Notes: generated by a model not told the origin, from the sequence alone. 64,000 nucleotides of DNA from an uncultured virus (IMG/VR IMGVR_UViG_3300027736_000023) (IMGVR_UViG_3300027736_000023); one strand, 5' to 3'; positions 1-10,302 are shown, counted from the first letter of the stretch. Numbers and translations are program-made.

Positions 1-2
1 GA

Positions 3-431
3 ACGGCTGATGTCTATCCAGATTCAATTGAAAATTATCCGGAAGTTAAAGAAGGACCACCGAATAGATTTAATCCAAATCCGCCTCCTGAAAATATATA
101 TGACGATAAGGTATTAGCTGGAACAGCCGATGTATATCCAAATTCAACTAGAGAGCCGGTAGTTGGACCGCCAACTGGAACTGTTTATTCTAATCAAACG
201 GAGTCAGTAGCTGAACCAACTGGAAATGCTTATCCTAATCAAACTGAGCCAGTAGCTGGACCGCCGACTGGAGATGTTTATCCTAATCGAACTGAGCCAG
301 TAGCTGAACCAACTGGAAATGTTTATCCCAATCAAACTGAGCCAGCAGCTGGACCACCAACTGGAGATGTTTATCCTAATCGAACTGAGCCAGTAGCTGG
401 ACCGCCGACTGGAAATGTTTATTCTACGTAA
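3..431 (+). CDS. 3' end of a Pro/Thr/Glu-rich repeat protein (5' truncated by the window)
   Basis: Frame 3 is open from the window start to TAA at 429-431 and translates to repeats such as VYPNQTEPVAGPPTG(D/N). It is missing from the ORF track because it has no start codon in the window. Confidence 0.8.
   Translation, partial: TADVYPDSIENYPEVKEGPPNRFNPNPPPENIYDDKVLAGTADVYPNSTREPVVGPPTGTVYSNQTESVAEPTGNAYPNQTEPVAGPPTGDVYPNRTEPVAEPTGNVYPNQTEPAAGPPTGDVYPNRTEPVAGPPTGNVYST
131..425 (+). repeat. Coding tandem repeat, about 6 units of 45-48 bp
   Basis: Recurring gtttatcctaatc(a/g)aactgagccagtagctg...ccaactgga units; lengths are multiples of 3 and differences are largely at third codon positions. 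Confidence 0.85.
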
Positions 432-451
432 ATAAAAAAGTGCTAAATAAT

Positions 452-478
452 AAACCCATTATTAAATTATAGTATAAT
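452..478 (+). promoter_or_regulatory. AAACC-N16-TATAAT promoter-like motif
   Basis: AAACC at 452-456 and TATAAT at 473-478; the same spacing recurs before several other genes. Confidence 0.55.
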
Positions 479-483
479 ATTAA

Positions 484-1302
484 ATGAATTACCACGAAGC
501 CCAATCATCATCAAACACGGATCATAATTTTAATGCCTATTATGTAGGAACCGTTGAGGCAATAGACGATCCTAAATTTGAAGGGCGTTGTAAAGTTAAA
601 GTATTTTCGCTATTTGATGATATTGATATTTCTGATTTACCATGGGCAACACCGGCCGCTAAACCTACAGTTTTCGGACAAGATGCGCGAGCTGGGTCTA
701 TTTCAATTCCAAAAATAGGGGCAGTAGTTGGTATTAAATTTAATAATGGAGATATTTATTCTCCAGAATATTCTCAAATTCAAGAATTAGGAGAGGATAT
801 TAAGGAAGAATTACAAAAAGGTAATACTCCTGAAACATTTAGAAAAAAATATGAAGGTTCTCATTTTATCCTATTTGATGGTGATGAAGAAATTAAATTT
901 TGGTTTGACCGAGAAATTGGTTTACAAATGGAACTTAAAAAGTCATTTATTAGAATTGATAATGCAACTTCAAATATTTTAATAGAACACAAAGACAATC
1001 TCTCTCAAATTGGACTAGAAGATACAATTATTAGAGTAATTGCCGATTCTGAAGTTAGAATAACTGCAGGCACTAAAATTACTGCAACTTCAAAACTGGC
1101 TCATATAAATTCACAAACAACAATAGTTGGGGCAAGTGGAGTACAATATAGTGCAGTATTGGGAGAACCTCTTTTTGCAATACTTAAAGTAATGGCTGCA
1201 ACTATTGATGCAAAAGTACCGTCTACTGCTGGGGCACTAGGCGAAGCAGTCGATGCAGCAAAAGTTCAAGTTCTGTCTAGAACAGTAACAATTGGAACTT
1301 AA
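484..1302 (+). CDS. gp5: Baseplate hub/spike protein, gp5-like N-terminal OB fold, no lysozyme domain
   Basis: YVGTVEAIDDPKFEGRCKVKV...LPWA...SIPKIGAVV...FNNGDIYSPEY matches the gp5/VgrG OB-fold pattern, followed by short beta-strand repeats. Confidence 0.8.
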   Translation: MNYHEAQSSSNTDHNFNAYYVGTVEAIDDPKFEGRCKVKVFSLFDDIDISDLPWATPAAKPTVFGQDARAGSISIPKIGAVVGIKFNNGDIYSPEYSQIQELGEDIKEELQKGNTPETFRKKYEGSHFILFDGDEEIKFWFDREIGLQMELKKSFIRIDNATSNILIEHKDNLSQIGLEDTIIRVIADSEVRITAGTKITATSKLAHINSQTTIVGASGVQYSAVLGEPLFAILKVMAATIDAKVPSTAGALGEAVDAAKVQVLSRTVTIGT

Positions 1303-2129
1303 AAAACTATCTTAAATTCATTTTCACAAGAGATTAAGGGCGTAGATTTAGTAATTGAGTCTAGATCGCCAAGGTGAGCACCTTTAAATTGAAGCAGTCC
1401 TGTTAATTTTGCACTGTCAATACTATCTGCCATTTCAGAAAGCTTATTTCGGTCTGGAAAATATCGACTTGATGCTAAATATTTAGATAAGAGGTCAGCC
1501 CTAACCATTTCCATATGATGCATTGAAATTTGACTACGCTCAAATATTCTAGACTTAAAATACGAATCGTCTATCATTCCGCGAGTAGGGTCAATGCCTG
1601 AAAAAATAAATTGACTTGCATGGTGTCTGGATTGTGAGGTTATTCTGTAAATAAATGGAACTCTCCATCTGGCATGACCACGGTGTAAAGTTGGAGTAAC
1701 ATAGTTTATATAGTGAACCGCTGTTGCATCTAAATTAAAAGTTTCAATTTCAGCCTTGGCCCAGCTAAACTCAGATTCTCTATAAAACTCGTCTGCATCC
1801 ATTGAAAGGTAATGAGTTGCACCTAATTTAAAGGCAAGCTCAAGACAACCTTGGCGCTTTACTAATTCAAATGACTTTGCCTGTAAAACTTCAGCTGGCG
1901 AAATTAATGAGCTTGGCTTAAAATTTTTAAATTCAATAAGTTCATCAATTAGGCCCAGATTTCGTAGCCGGGTAAGAGTCGGAATAAGTTCTGGCGTCGC
2001 TAAGGTTCCTCCCCAAGAGGTGGTTTGATATGAGACTATTATAATATCAACCTGCAATCGGATTGACCGCAGAGAGGCTTCTAGTGTTTCAAGTCCATCA
2101 AATACTACATATCCTGCTGCAAGTTTCAT
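1299..2129 (-). CDS. GT-A fold glycosyltransferase (GT2-like)
   Basis: LEASLRSIRLQVDIIIVSY N-terminus and YLSMDADEFY DxD motif. Confidence 0.7.
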   Translation of the reverse strand: MKLAAGYVVFDGLETLEASLRSIRLQVDIIIVSYQTTSWGGTLATPELIPTLTRLRNLGLIDELIEFKNFKPSSLISPAEVLQAKSFELVKRQGCLELAFKLGATHYLSMDADEFYRESEFSWAKAEIETFNLDATAVHYINYVTPTLHRGHARWRVPFIYRITSQSRHHASQFIFSGIDPTRGMIDDSYFKSRIFERSQISMHHMEMVRADLLSKYLASSRYFPDRNKLSEMADSIDSAKLTGLLQFKGAHLGDLDSITKSTPLISCENEFKIVF

Positions 2130-2139
2130 GAGTTTAAAA

Positions 2140-2724
2140 TTAGGTACTTTTATAATATACTTGATAATTATAATATGAAATTAGTTCATCTACTATAATT
2201 CTTTCATCTGGAAGACACTCATTCCAACATCTTAATAAAAATGTTCCATCTGCGCAAGAATCATTAATAAAGCTGCCAATCTTTATTTTTTTTACAATTA
2301 AGGTATCAATCATTCCCTGAGCACCATCTGTAACTCCAGGAGCTGGGGCAACCGCCGCTCTAGCACTGCCGTACGGATCAACTTGAGCACCCATAATCAT
2401 TTTATAGTTAGAGCCATAGTTTTTCCATATTTCATATGTATTTGGGCAGAATAAATTATCATCATCAAGTCCATGAAAGTGACCTTGACTCATTTGATCT
2501 ATTGCAGCATTTACTTTATGGTGCAGATTAAATTGATCATCAGAAATAGGTATTGATATTAGGGTAAGATTATAATAGTCGCTTACGTTTATGTCTAACT
2601 TATATGAATCGGCTTTTACAACAATCCATTTAATATCAGGAACTTTTGGTATTGATTGATATACTTTTTCAAAATTTTCTGGACTTCTCCATAATGGGGT
2701 AAATAAATGTAATATACTTCTCAT
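2140..2724 (-). CDS. Putative GT-A glycosyltransferase
   Basis: FTPLWR N-terminal strand, NAAID...FHGLDDDN DxD motif and ADG motif; lies in the GT cluster. Confidence 0.6.
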   Translation of the reverse strand: MRSILHLFTPLWRSPENFEKVYQSIPKVPDIKWIVVKADSYKLDINVSDYYNLTLISIPISDDQFNLHHKVNAAIDQMSQGHFHGLDDDNLFCPNTYEIWKNYGSNYKMIMGAQVDPYGSARAAVAPAPGVTDGAQGMIDTLIVKKIKIGSFINDSCADGTFLLRCWNECLPDERIIVDELISYYNYQVYYKST

Positions 2725-2727
2725 AAG

Positions 2728-3642
2728 TTAAATTATTTTTTTATTTTTTAAAATTTGATAAAAGTTATGCGCAAAATTACTATTTAAATAGTTTTGCCTA
2801 ACGTAGGAATTTCCATTTTTAGCAATTTTATTTCGAATAGAAGGTTCTCTTTTTAAAAATTCAATTATATCTAATAATTCGTAATTTGTTTTATAAAAAA
2901 CACAATGTTCCCAATTTGTAAAAAATTGTTCTATGCCTGGAAAATGTTTCATTAGAACACAAGAACCTGATGCTAATGCAATTAAATTTCTGTGTGTAAA
3001 ATAACCTTCAATGTCATTTCTATTATTATGAGCGATTGTTAAATACGAAGTATTATAAAGATCTGGGACCTGTGAAAAATCTATATTTCCTTTTGAATTA
3101 GCTGAATATGGGAAAGATCCGTAAAGTTCTAACTCAGGAACATATTTGCCTATGAAATTAGCCAAAGAAATTCTTTCTTCACCACCCGGAAAATGATCAT
3201 ATACGTTACCTACAAACACCACACTCCCTGTAGTCATTTCTTTTACTTCTCGAACTTGCCGATCATCAAATACTTCAAAAAGATATTCACAAGGAGTATC
3301 AAGTATTCTCGAGAAATATTCTAGCTGTTTTCCATTAAAAGGAAATAAATAGAGATCAGCAACTCCGATCATGTTCATTGCTTCAGGTAAAGGGGCGTAT
3401 CTAACATCTCCTACCCATATTGTAAACATTGCCCCGGTCAAAGATTTTAAAGTATTGCAATCGTCCAATGAGATTACATTTCCATGCATAAAAACATAAT
3501 CAGGATTAAATCTTATAGATTCTTCTAGTTTTTTAAAAATTAGAGTATCAAATTCAGTTTTAAATCCATTGAGTATTGAATCAAATATCCCATTTTCAGA
3601 GTGTAGGTGATAATCTAGCGGTATATACAGGAGCTTCTTCAT
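2728..3642 (-). CDS. GT-B glycosyltransferase (CgeB/Glyco_trans_1_2-like)
   Basis: VVFVGN...R, LYNTSYLTI, R..IALASGSCVL, IEQFF, IRNKIAKNG..YV C-terminal pattern. Confidence 0.75.
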   Translation of the reverse strand: MKKLLYIPLDYHLHSENGIFDSILNGFKTEFDTLIFKKLEESIRFNPDYVFMHGNVISLDDCNTLKSLTGAMFTIWVGDVRYAPLPEAMNMIGVADLYLFPFNGKQLEYFSRILDTPCEYLFEVFDDRQVREVKEMTTGSVVFVGNVYDHFPGGEERISLANFIGKYVPELELYGSFPYSANSKGNIDFSQVPDLYNTSYLTIAHNNRNDIEGYFTHRNLIALASGSCVLMKHFPGIEQFFTNWEHCVFYKTNYELLDIIEFLKREPSIRNKIAKNGNSYVRQNYLNSNFAHNFYQILKNKKII

Positions 3643-4154
3643 TAAAATATTTTATGTCTATCTATAAAAATATCTATATTTTTGCTCATTAATAACTGCG
3701 CATTTTCAATAATTTTATCCTCTTCCCAATCCCACCATTTAATTTTTAATAGATCTGAAATCTGATTATCTGTGAATCTTGGCTTGACTTTACGAGCTGG
3801 AGATCCAACATTTATTGAATATGGATCAACGTTCTTTGTTACAATTGACCGTGCCCCTATCACTGCCCCGTCCTCAATTGTTACACCGCTCATTATTAAA
3901 CAGTCTTCTCCAATCCATACGTCGTTTCCTATTATAACATCGCCCTTCCACACTGGATGACCAGTTAGATGGCTGCATTGTTGAAAATTTACGCTAAATG
4001 GATATGTTGAAATAAATTCAGTATTATGGCCAAACCCTCCATCTATTACTAAACCTGCAGCAAATGAACAATATTTACCAATAATTACTGAATTGTGTAC
4101 GCCACGTCTAGTAACATTACCATACGACCTAAAACCCATTGTTAATTCTCCCAT
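3642..4154 (-). CDS. CatB/Vat-like hexapeptide-repeat O-acetyltransferase
   Basis: IGKYCSFA, ISTYPF, KGDVIIGNDVWIG, GVTIEDGAVIGARSIVTKNV, LLKIKWWDW. Confidence 0.9.
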   Translation of the reverse strand: MGELTMGFRSYGNVTRRGVHNSVIIGKYCSFAAGLVIDGGFGHNTEFISTYPFSVNFQQCSHLTGHPVWKGDVIIGNDVWIGEDCLIMSGVTIEDGAVIGARSIVTKNVDPYSINVGSPARKVKPRFTDNQISDLLKIKWWDWEEDKIIENAQLLMSKNIDIFIDRHKIF

Positions 4155-4169
4155 GGTTTTTGTTTTTTT

Positions 4170-4742
4170 TTAGTTAAAATAAAGTAATCCAGTTCCAGTA
4201 TAGTGTCCGATTTTAGTTAAATCGTATTTTTCTATGGCAATTGAATCCCAAAACTCTTGCATAGGTCCAGCTAAGTGAATATCATCAAATAATACAAGAC
4301 CAGTATATTTAATTTTAATTAACTCGTTAATAAATTCTCTTTCAAATGAACCATCGTGGTAAGTATCTACTAAAATTAATGGTGAATTTAATATAATTGA
4401 TGGACTATTTAAAATATTGTCAATACAATATTTAATATTAGCAATATCAATTTTTAATATCTCAGGTTGCTGGTTAACATCAAACGATATAATTGAATTA
4501 GTTGGATTATAAGACAGTGCAATAGATGAGCTACCTTGATATGTTCCAATATCTAATAATGTTTTATTATTAAATAGAGTACTAATAAATGCAAGTAACC
4601 TATAATGTTCTGTGCCTGACTCCATATAAAACCAATCTTTTGGAGTATTAATGGTAGCAGTTGAGGCTTGATACCTAGTTAAATCAATTGAATTTAACTG
4701 AGTATTTGTTACATTAAGTATTTGTGATAAAATAGTTTTCAT
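4170..4742 (-). CDS. Class I SAM-dependent methyltransferase-like protein
   Basis: LLDIGTYQGSSS motif I, ILVDTYHDG and GLVLFDDI. Confidence 0.75.
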   Translation of the reverse strand: MKTILSQILNVTNTQLNSIDLTRYQASTATINTPKDWFYMESGTEHYRLLAFISTLFNNKTLLDIGTYQGSSSIALSYNPTNSIISFDVNQQPEILKIDIANIKYCIDNILNSPSIILNSPLILVDTYHDGSFEREFINELIKIKYTGLVLFDDIHLAGPMQEFWDSIAIEKYDLTKIGHYTGTGLLYFN

Positions 4743-4745
4743 AAT

Positions 4746-5477
4746 TTAACTTATTATTTTTTTATTAAAATTTGGATGAGTTTTTAAAACATCAGGTAGA
4801 GTATTTTTATCAAAAGCAACGGCTTCTCCCCATACTGTGCAGGTTGGATGTATATCTTTATCTCCAGGTTGCCACGCATAATAGGTATTAGCTAACCAGC
4901 CTGGTTTTATTTCGTTTTTATGACCGTGAATTTCAAATTTATAGTCCATTATTTTTTTATCTTGAGCATATCCAAAATGATAAATTGTTCCATTAATAGA
5001 TTCTTCAATTTGATTATTTTTATTTATGTTAAATAGTCTAGCTGGTTGAAACCCATCATAACATGCCCAATTAAATGATTTCCAAAAATTAACAAAACCA
5101 TTAACATTTCGCCTCCATGCAGAACCTTCATATGTTTCTTTTATGCATTTTTCTAGTGAAATTGGTTCCCAAATTTCATCTGCATCAACTGCGAGCATAA
5201 CATTATAACCGTGTGCATATTTCCAGGCAAGACTGCGGTGTTGGCCTTCATTCCATGCACCATCGGCATTAACCCAGTGTACTTTATTTGAGGCAGCGTG
5301 GGCAATATCTCTAATTTCAGATTCTGATTCCGGACAAGGAGTTGCGGTTCCATGACCATAGCTTGGGTGTGTTGTGTATAAAATTACAATTTTATCTACT
5401 TGATCAGAAATTGACCGGATTGAGGCATCTAAGTATTCTGCACCATAGTGAACTGGGTAATATGCAAGGGTTTTCAT
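4746..5477 (-). CDS. GT-A glycosyltransferase (GT2-like), paralogue of 1299..2129
   Basis: YLDASIRSISDQVDKIVILY, MLAVDADEIW and IYHFGYA. Confidence 0.7.
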   Translation of the reverse strand: MKTLAYYPVHYGAEYLDASIRSISDQVDKIVILYTTHPSYGHGTATPCPESESEIRDIAHAASNKVHWVNADGAWNEGQHRSLAWKYAHGYNVMLAVDADEIWEPISLEKCIKETYEGSAWRRNVNGFVNFWKSFNWACYDGFQPARLFNINKNNQIEESINGTIYHFGYAQDKKIMDYKFEIHGHKNEIKPGWLANTYYAWQPGDKDIHPTCTVWGEAVAFDKNTLPDVLKTHPNFNKKIIS

Positions 5478-6121
5478 TATTTATTGTTGATTATTTTAAA
5501 GGCCTCTTCGACTAGATGTTTGGCATGAAATCCAAATGTATTGGTTGGGCCGTGCATATTGTCCATTGGTATTTCTATTGAAAATTTAGTAGCAAGTTCA
5601 ACTGGGGCAATAACCAAACCTGCTTTTGCAATTTCATTTTTATAGACTGATGCAATAAGAACATCTTCATTTGCTATACACTTTAGTGTTTTGGTAAATT
5701 CCAATAATTTTTTACTACGTAAAGAAAATCCTCCATTTCCAACCTGTTCGCCAACCTTTGGCCAACCAATATAGAGCGGCCATGGTGAACCAATATAGTC
5801 ATATTTAAAAAAATCATCTGACCATAACTCTGGGTTAAGGATAAAGCCATCATCTTGAAATATTAAACAAAAGTCAGTATCTACATAACTGTGTAATTTA
5901 TTAATACAAAAGGCCGAATATTCTTCAAGTGTCATATGGCTTGCCTGGATAAAGTCAACACCTTCTACCTTTGGATCCTCTAAACTTATCATTTTTATTT
6001 TACCGAATGTTACACAAGATAACATATACTTTAAAATAGTTTGATAATTGGATTGCCGAGCTTCGTCAACTGGGCGGCCGTCTATACAAATTGCGGTTAC
6101 ATTAGATAAGTCTAATTTCAT
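5477..6121 (-). CDS. DUF5672-like putative glycosyltransferase
   Basis: DTDFCLIFQDDGFILNPELWSDDFFKYDYIGSPW, VGNGGFSLRSKKL, NED and FGFH. Confidence 0.8.
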   Translation of the reverse strand: MKLDLSNVTAICIDGRPVDEARQSNYQTILKYMLSCVTFGKIKMISLEDPKVEGVDFIQASHMTLEEYSAFCINKLHSYVDTDFCLIFQDDGFILNPELWSDDFFKYDYIGSPWPLYIGWPKVGEQVGNGGFSLRSKKLLEFTKTLKCIANEDVLIASVYKNEIAKAGLVIAPVELATKFSIEIPMDNMHGPTNTFGFHAKHLVEEAFKIINNK

Positions 6122-6133
6122 AATTTATTTATT

Positions 6134-6796
6134 TTATTCTGTTACTGAAACATATAGATATGGCTCAGGTATTCTTGGGCTGGTGTCACTATACATTCGG
6201 ATATTAGTTAAGTGTAGGTGTCTACTTTTTATTGTTTTTGCCGGATTAATTAGCGTGTATCCAACTTTATTTAATTCATAGGCAAATCGATTATCACAGC
6301 CTGGAATTCCAAATTCAAAATCATAATAGCCACGTTTTATATAGTTTAAAAATACCCAAGTATCTTGACTATCCCAGTGTTCATATAATTCAAAAGTAGG
6401 GTCTGACTCGGATTCCGGTTCTATATGATTCCATCTGGATAAAGTAATTGCATTTTTTCGAGTAAGTCGAGTATTTATGTCTAAAATATCATCATCTTGA
6501 AAGTAAATATCACTATTGCATATAAGTAGTATTGTTTTAATTCTACTATATAATTTTTTTTTATAATAGTTTGCAACTGATATTGCATTTTGATAAGTGG
6601 GTCTACCCTTTGTATTTTTTATAATAATTTTTGGATTTTCTAAAAGTATTTTATCCGTTATTTTAGTATCAGTTAATAATATTACCTTATCAATATTTTG
6701 ATTTTTTAAATTTTGCTCTAAACAGAATTCAAGTTCAGCATTTCTGGTTTGACTTGCCAATCTAAAATATGGAGTAATTAATATACAGTTAGTCAT
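6134..6796 (-). CDS. Putative GT-A fold glycosyltransferase
   Basis: ICNSDIYF, LSRW, SQDTWVF, FGIPGCDNR and HLH motifs; cluster context. Confidence 0.55.
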   Translation of the reverse strand: MTNCILITPYFRLASQTRNAELEFCLEQNLKNQNIDKVILLTDTKITDKILLENPKIIIKNTKGRPTYQNAISVANYYKKKLYSRIKTILLICNSDIYFQDDDILDINTRLTRKNAITLSRWNHIEPESESDPTFELYEHWDSQDTWVFLNYIKRGYYDFEFGIPGCDNRFAYELNKVGYTLINPAKTIKSRHLHLTNIRMYSDTSPRIPEPYLYVSVTE

Positions 6797-6798
6797 AT

Positions 6799-7641
6799 CT
6801 ACTTTGACTTAATTGTTTTATATAGTATATCGTCGGCTGACTCTAGGGCCTTAACTCTTTCTAAATTTTCAATAATATATGGCATCATTGATTCATAAAG
6901 TTCTGGAGTTAATGAGTTGACTCCTTTAAAATCTTCCCAAAAAATTATTCCATTTGGATTAAAATCTTCACTAACCTTTTTGGTACCCCAATAAATTGGA
7001 ATAGTTCCAGTTGCAAAACAGTCAGTTATTTTTTCAGTGTAATACTTATCGTATACTGCATTTTCAAAAGTAACTGAAAAGCGATAGTCTTTTAGGGCAG
7101 GTAATTTAGACCTCCACCAGTCTCCACTTGGGCCAATACCTTGACCGATTCTTTGAGAACCGTGTGCTCCACCAAATAGATCAATTTTATCTTTTAACTG
7201 GTCAGCAATTTCTAACCTAAATTGATGGCCTTTTGTTCTTGACTTTGGCGAACAAATCATTGAACAAGATTTTGTTTTTTGATAAATCATCATTTCATCA
7301 AATTTTGTCCATGGTAAATTTGAACCAGGCGGAGCATATATAAAAAAAGGATTGCTTAATAAAGTTTCATCGCATGTAAAAATTCCACTAAAATATTTTC
7401 GGTAATGTTCAATATTTGATTTTATTTTTCGGTATTGATCATCACAGATATCTCTAGATTCGCATAACCAGCCAAATTTAGTTGGAGTAGCTCTATCTAA
7501 TAAGCCTTGATCAATTGCTCCATCTATATAAATTTTAATAGTTGAAGGTCCAGAAGTCCACTTAAATAATTTAGGTGGTAAATTTGAACACGAAGAGTAG
7601 TCCGGCGGAAATGGCAAGCCTATTCCAGTTATTTGTTCCAT
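6799..7641 (-). CDS. GT10 (fucosyltransferase-like) glycosyltransferase
   Basis: LKDYRFSVTFENA..DKYYTEKITDCFATGTIPIYWG matches the GT10 donor-binding motif. Confidence 0.8.
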   Translation of the reverse strand: MEQITGIGLPFPPDYSSCSNLPPKLFKWTSGPSTIKIYIDGAIDQGLLDRATPTKFGWLCESRDICDDQYRKIKSNIEHYRKYFSGIFTCDETLLSNPFFIYAPPGSNLPWTKFDEMMIYQKTKSCSMICSPKSRTKGHQFRLEIADQLKDKIDLFGGAHGSQRIGQGIGPSGDWWRSKLPALKDYRFSVTFENAVYDKYYTEKITDCFATGTIPIYWGTKKVSEDFNPNGIIFWEDFKGVNSLTPELYESMMPYIIENLERVKALESADDILYKTIKSK

Positions 7642-9338
7642 ATTTTATCCCAGTTTTTTTCCCAATTATAATCTTCAGTTATCTCAATATCAGTAGAATT
7701 AAGCTCTTTAGTTAAAAAATCATAAAAGAATATTTCATTACCTGATTCAATGATTAACTTTTTTAAATATTTTGATTTAGAGGTTTTTAATGATTCATCA
7801 AAACAAAATCTAATTCTACTAGTATTTGAAAAATTTAATAGGCAGGTATATGCATTAGCAAAAACTGAGTCCTCTGTGCCGCTAAACTTGATATTAAAAG
7901 TTTTAGTACCGGCACTGATATTCCAACGCTGATTATCGGTTAGTGAATTTACTTTTCTAAAAACTTCACCTTTTTCTGGCATATTACTATTTCCATTATC
8001 AATATATCTACCATGGACAAAATCCATCCAATTATCAGATAATAATTTAACTGAAAATTCACTTTCTAATTTAGGAATAACATAGTGCTTAATTGCATCA
8101 TGGTCTAATTCAACAATGCCTTTTGCTAGTGCACAGCTACTATGAATTACCCATTCTCTAATTACCTTAAATGCTCCAACTGTATAGTTAAAAAATATCG
8201 GTGAAGCCTTTATTCCAGTCATATCTCCGCTATGGGTTGCCATTGCCAAGTCTTCACCTATATTATTAAATTCAGCAAATGGCTCCTTAAATGTAGTATC
8301 ACAATCCATCCAAATTAATGGCTTTTTATATTCAATTAACTTTTCTAAAATAAATTGAGGTTTCATTAAACAGTTTGAAGAATAGTCTCCAATTGGCTCC
8401 TTTTTTACAATATCATGCTTTACTGAAAATTGACTACACTGTCTTTTTAATTTTTCTGCAAAATTTAGATAATAGTTTCGGTTATTTGAATCTGAATGAA
8501 AACTAATGATTAATGGGGTCATTTTTGCTAAGTTTGTTAACTTGCGTGATGATTTAATTAATGTAATTTCTTTAGCAATTGATGGATCAGGGATTGATTG
8601 AATTGAATTAACAATAGACTTAGCGATTGATCCAGTTTTTTTAATAATTTTAGTTAATGAAGTGGATTTATTTTTATTAATATGCAGGTCTCGTATTTGA
8701 AATAGCTCTTTGAAATAAGGTTTGCCAACTGAATCAAAAAGGTCAATTGCAATAAGTTTGTCAATATTAGGAGAGGCAGCAGTAACCGGTTCCCTAAATA
8801 TAAAATAGTGACTAATTGACTTGTCTGAAAAGGAAGGTGAATTTGCAATAAAATATGAAAACATTCCAATAATTGACTGTACTCCAAAATCGGCAATTGA
8901 AAATGCAGCAGCTGCGGCATTCGCAACAGTACTATTTAAATTAACAGTAAATAGGCTAGATGAAATTGTTCCTGTATGGTTTTTATAAAAGGTATTTGCC
9001 GTATTGCTAATTGGAACTCGATTAACAATAAAAATATTTGGGTCAATTACAGTTAATTTATCAGCACCAGTATAAGAAAAGGCTGAAATAATTGATGGAT
9101 TAACTATAAATTTACCAGTTGATCTCTTTTTTGCAAGTTTAGAGTTATAATCTGGATATAATTTAACAATATTAACTGATTGAGATAGGGCGGTTAATAT
9201 TTTAGATGGAATTTCTGTTTCTGAACAAATTACTAAATGGTCAGGTTCTTCATCTAAATTATAAATAAGTGATTCTATATTTTTAACAAAAATATCAACA
9301 ACATTTTCTGAATAATAGGTAAAAATTGCAAATTTCAA
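7629..9338 (-). CDS. Multidomain protein with a central GT-A glycosyltransferase-like domain (TTG start)
   Basis: NCLMKPQFILEKL...PLIWMDCD and ELDHDAI in the central part; the flanking regions are unassigned. Confidence 0.55.
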   Translation of the reverse strand: MKFAIFTYYSENVVDIFVKNIESLIYNLDEEPDHLVICSETEIPSKILTALSQSVNIVKLYPDYNSKLAKKRSTGKFIVNPSIISAFSYTGADKLTVIDPNIFIVNRVPISNTANTFYKNHTGTISSSLFTVNLNSTVANAAAAAFSIADFGVQSIIGMFSYFIANSPSFSDKSISHYFIFREPVTAASPNIDKLIAIDLFDSVGKPYFKELFQIRDLHINKNKSTSLTKIIKKTGSIAKSIVNSIQSIPDPSIAKEITLIKSSRKLTNLAKMTPLIISFHSDSNNRNYYLNFAEKLKRQCSQFSVKHDIVKKEPIGDYSSNCLMKPQFILEKLIEYKKPLIWMDCDTTFKEPFAEFNNIGEDLAMATHSGDMTGIKASPIFFNYTVGAFKVIREWVIHSSCALAKGIVELDHDAIKHYVIPKLESEFSVKLLSDNWMDFVHGRYIDNGNSNMPEKGEVFRKVNSLTDNQRWNISAGTKTFNIKFSGTEDSVFANAYTCLLNFSNTSRIRFCFDESLKTSKSKYLKKLIIESGNEIFFYDFLTKELNSTDIEITEDYNWEKNWDKIWNK

Positions 9339-9420
9339 ATCTAATATTATTTTTTCAATTAAATAAACTTAATTTATATACTTAGTAATATACTTTAAAA
9401 ATAATATTAGATTTACGGTT

Positions 9421-10302
9421 TTGAAAAATTATTATGATATATTAGAAGTATCTAAATCAGCTGATCAGGATACAATTAAGCAAGCGTATCGAACTCTATC
9501 AAAAAAGTTTCATCCAGATAAAAATCCAGATGGAGAGGCTAAATTTAAGGAGGTCTCTGAAGCATATGATACGCTAGGCGATGTTACAAAAAGAGCAACT
9601 TATGATAATCCACTACGACAAAGCTATTCAAATTTTTCAGGTTTTAGTACAACCTTTACTGATTTCTCGTTTGCTCATACTAATTTAGCAAATCTTAATA
9701 TACAAATAGATCGTAATTTTAAAATTGCTGAATTAATGGCTGGTGTTGAGTTTACGGTTAATTATAAAATTTCAAAATCTAATTCCGCAGGCTCAACATT
9801 TGAAGATAAGTCAATTAGAATAAAATTAAATTTATCAACCCAAGCCTATCCATTTACTCAGGTTGGTGCAGATACTGCAATTATTCTTAAGGTTAGAGGT
9901 GGAGGTTCTAGTCAAGTAACAAATAGTTCTGATTTTTTCGGAAGACCGATCCAGTCTCATGTTAATGGAGACCTAACCGTTAGAGTATTAATAGATCTAC
10001 AAGGCCTATCAATAGATGAGAGTGACCTGGTACAACCGGTTGAAATTAGTTTATATGAATCACTATTTAATGATGAACTTGTATTGGAAAATCCATTAGG
10101 TAAAAAATACAGAATAAAATCATTTAATTCAAATAATTTATCAGATTTAAAGGTTAGAATACCCGGCCATGGATTATTTGCACCAAGCGGAGCTACTGGG
10201 TCATACGTATTTGATATTAAAATAAAAAAAATAGACCTTTCTAAACTTAGCGAATCAGCTTTAGCCAATTTTAAAGAATTACTTAGTGAGTTTGATAAAT
10301 AA
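9421..10302 (+). CDS. dnaJ: J-domain co-chaperone, DnaJ-like without zinc finger (TTG start)
   Basis: NYYDILEVS...[17 protein letters not shown]...[12 protein letters not shown] domain; C-terminal GDL and G.G DnaJ_C-like motifs. Confidence 0.85.
   Translation: MKNYYDILEVSKSADQDTIKQAYRTLSKKFHPDKNPDGEAKFKEVSEAYDTLGDVTKRATYDNPLRQSYSNFSGFSTTFTDFSFAHTNLANLNIQIDRNFKIAELMAGVEFTVNYKISKSNSAGSTFEDKSIRIKLNLSTQAYPFTQVGADTAIILKVRGGGSSQVTNSSDFFGRPIQSHVNGDLTVRVLIDLQGLSIDESDLVQPVEISLYESLFNDELVLENPLGKKYRIKSFNSNNLSDLKVRIPGHGLFAPSGATGSYVFDIKIKKIDLSKLSESALANFKELLSEFDK

Noticed and set aside
131..425. CRISPR-like array
   Set aside because: Units are contiguous, in frame and vary at codon third positions, with no unique spacers.
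3642..4154. Antibiotic resistance gene (catB/vat)
   Set aside because: The family is broad, and its position inside a GT cluster favours sugar O-acetylation.
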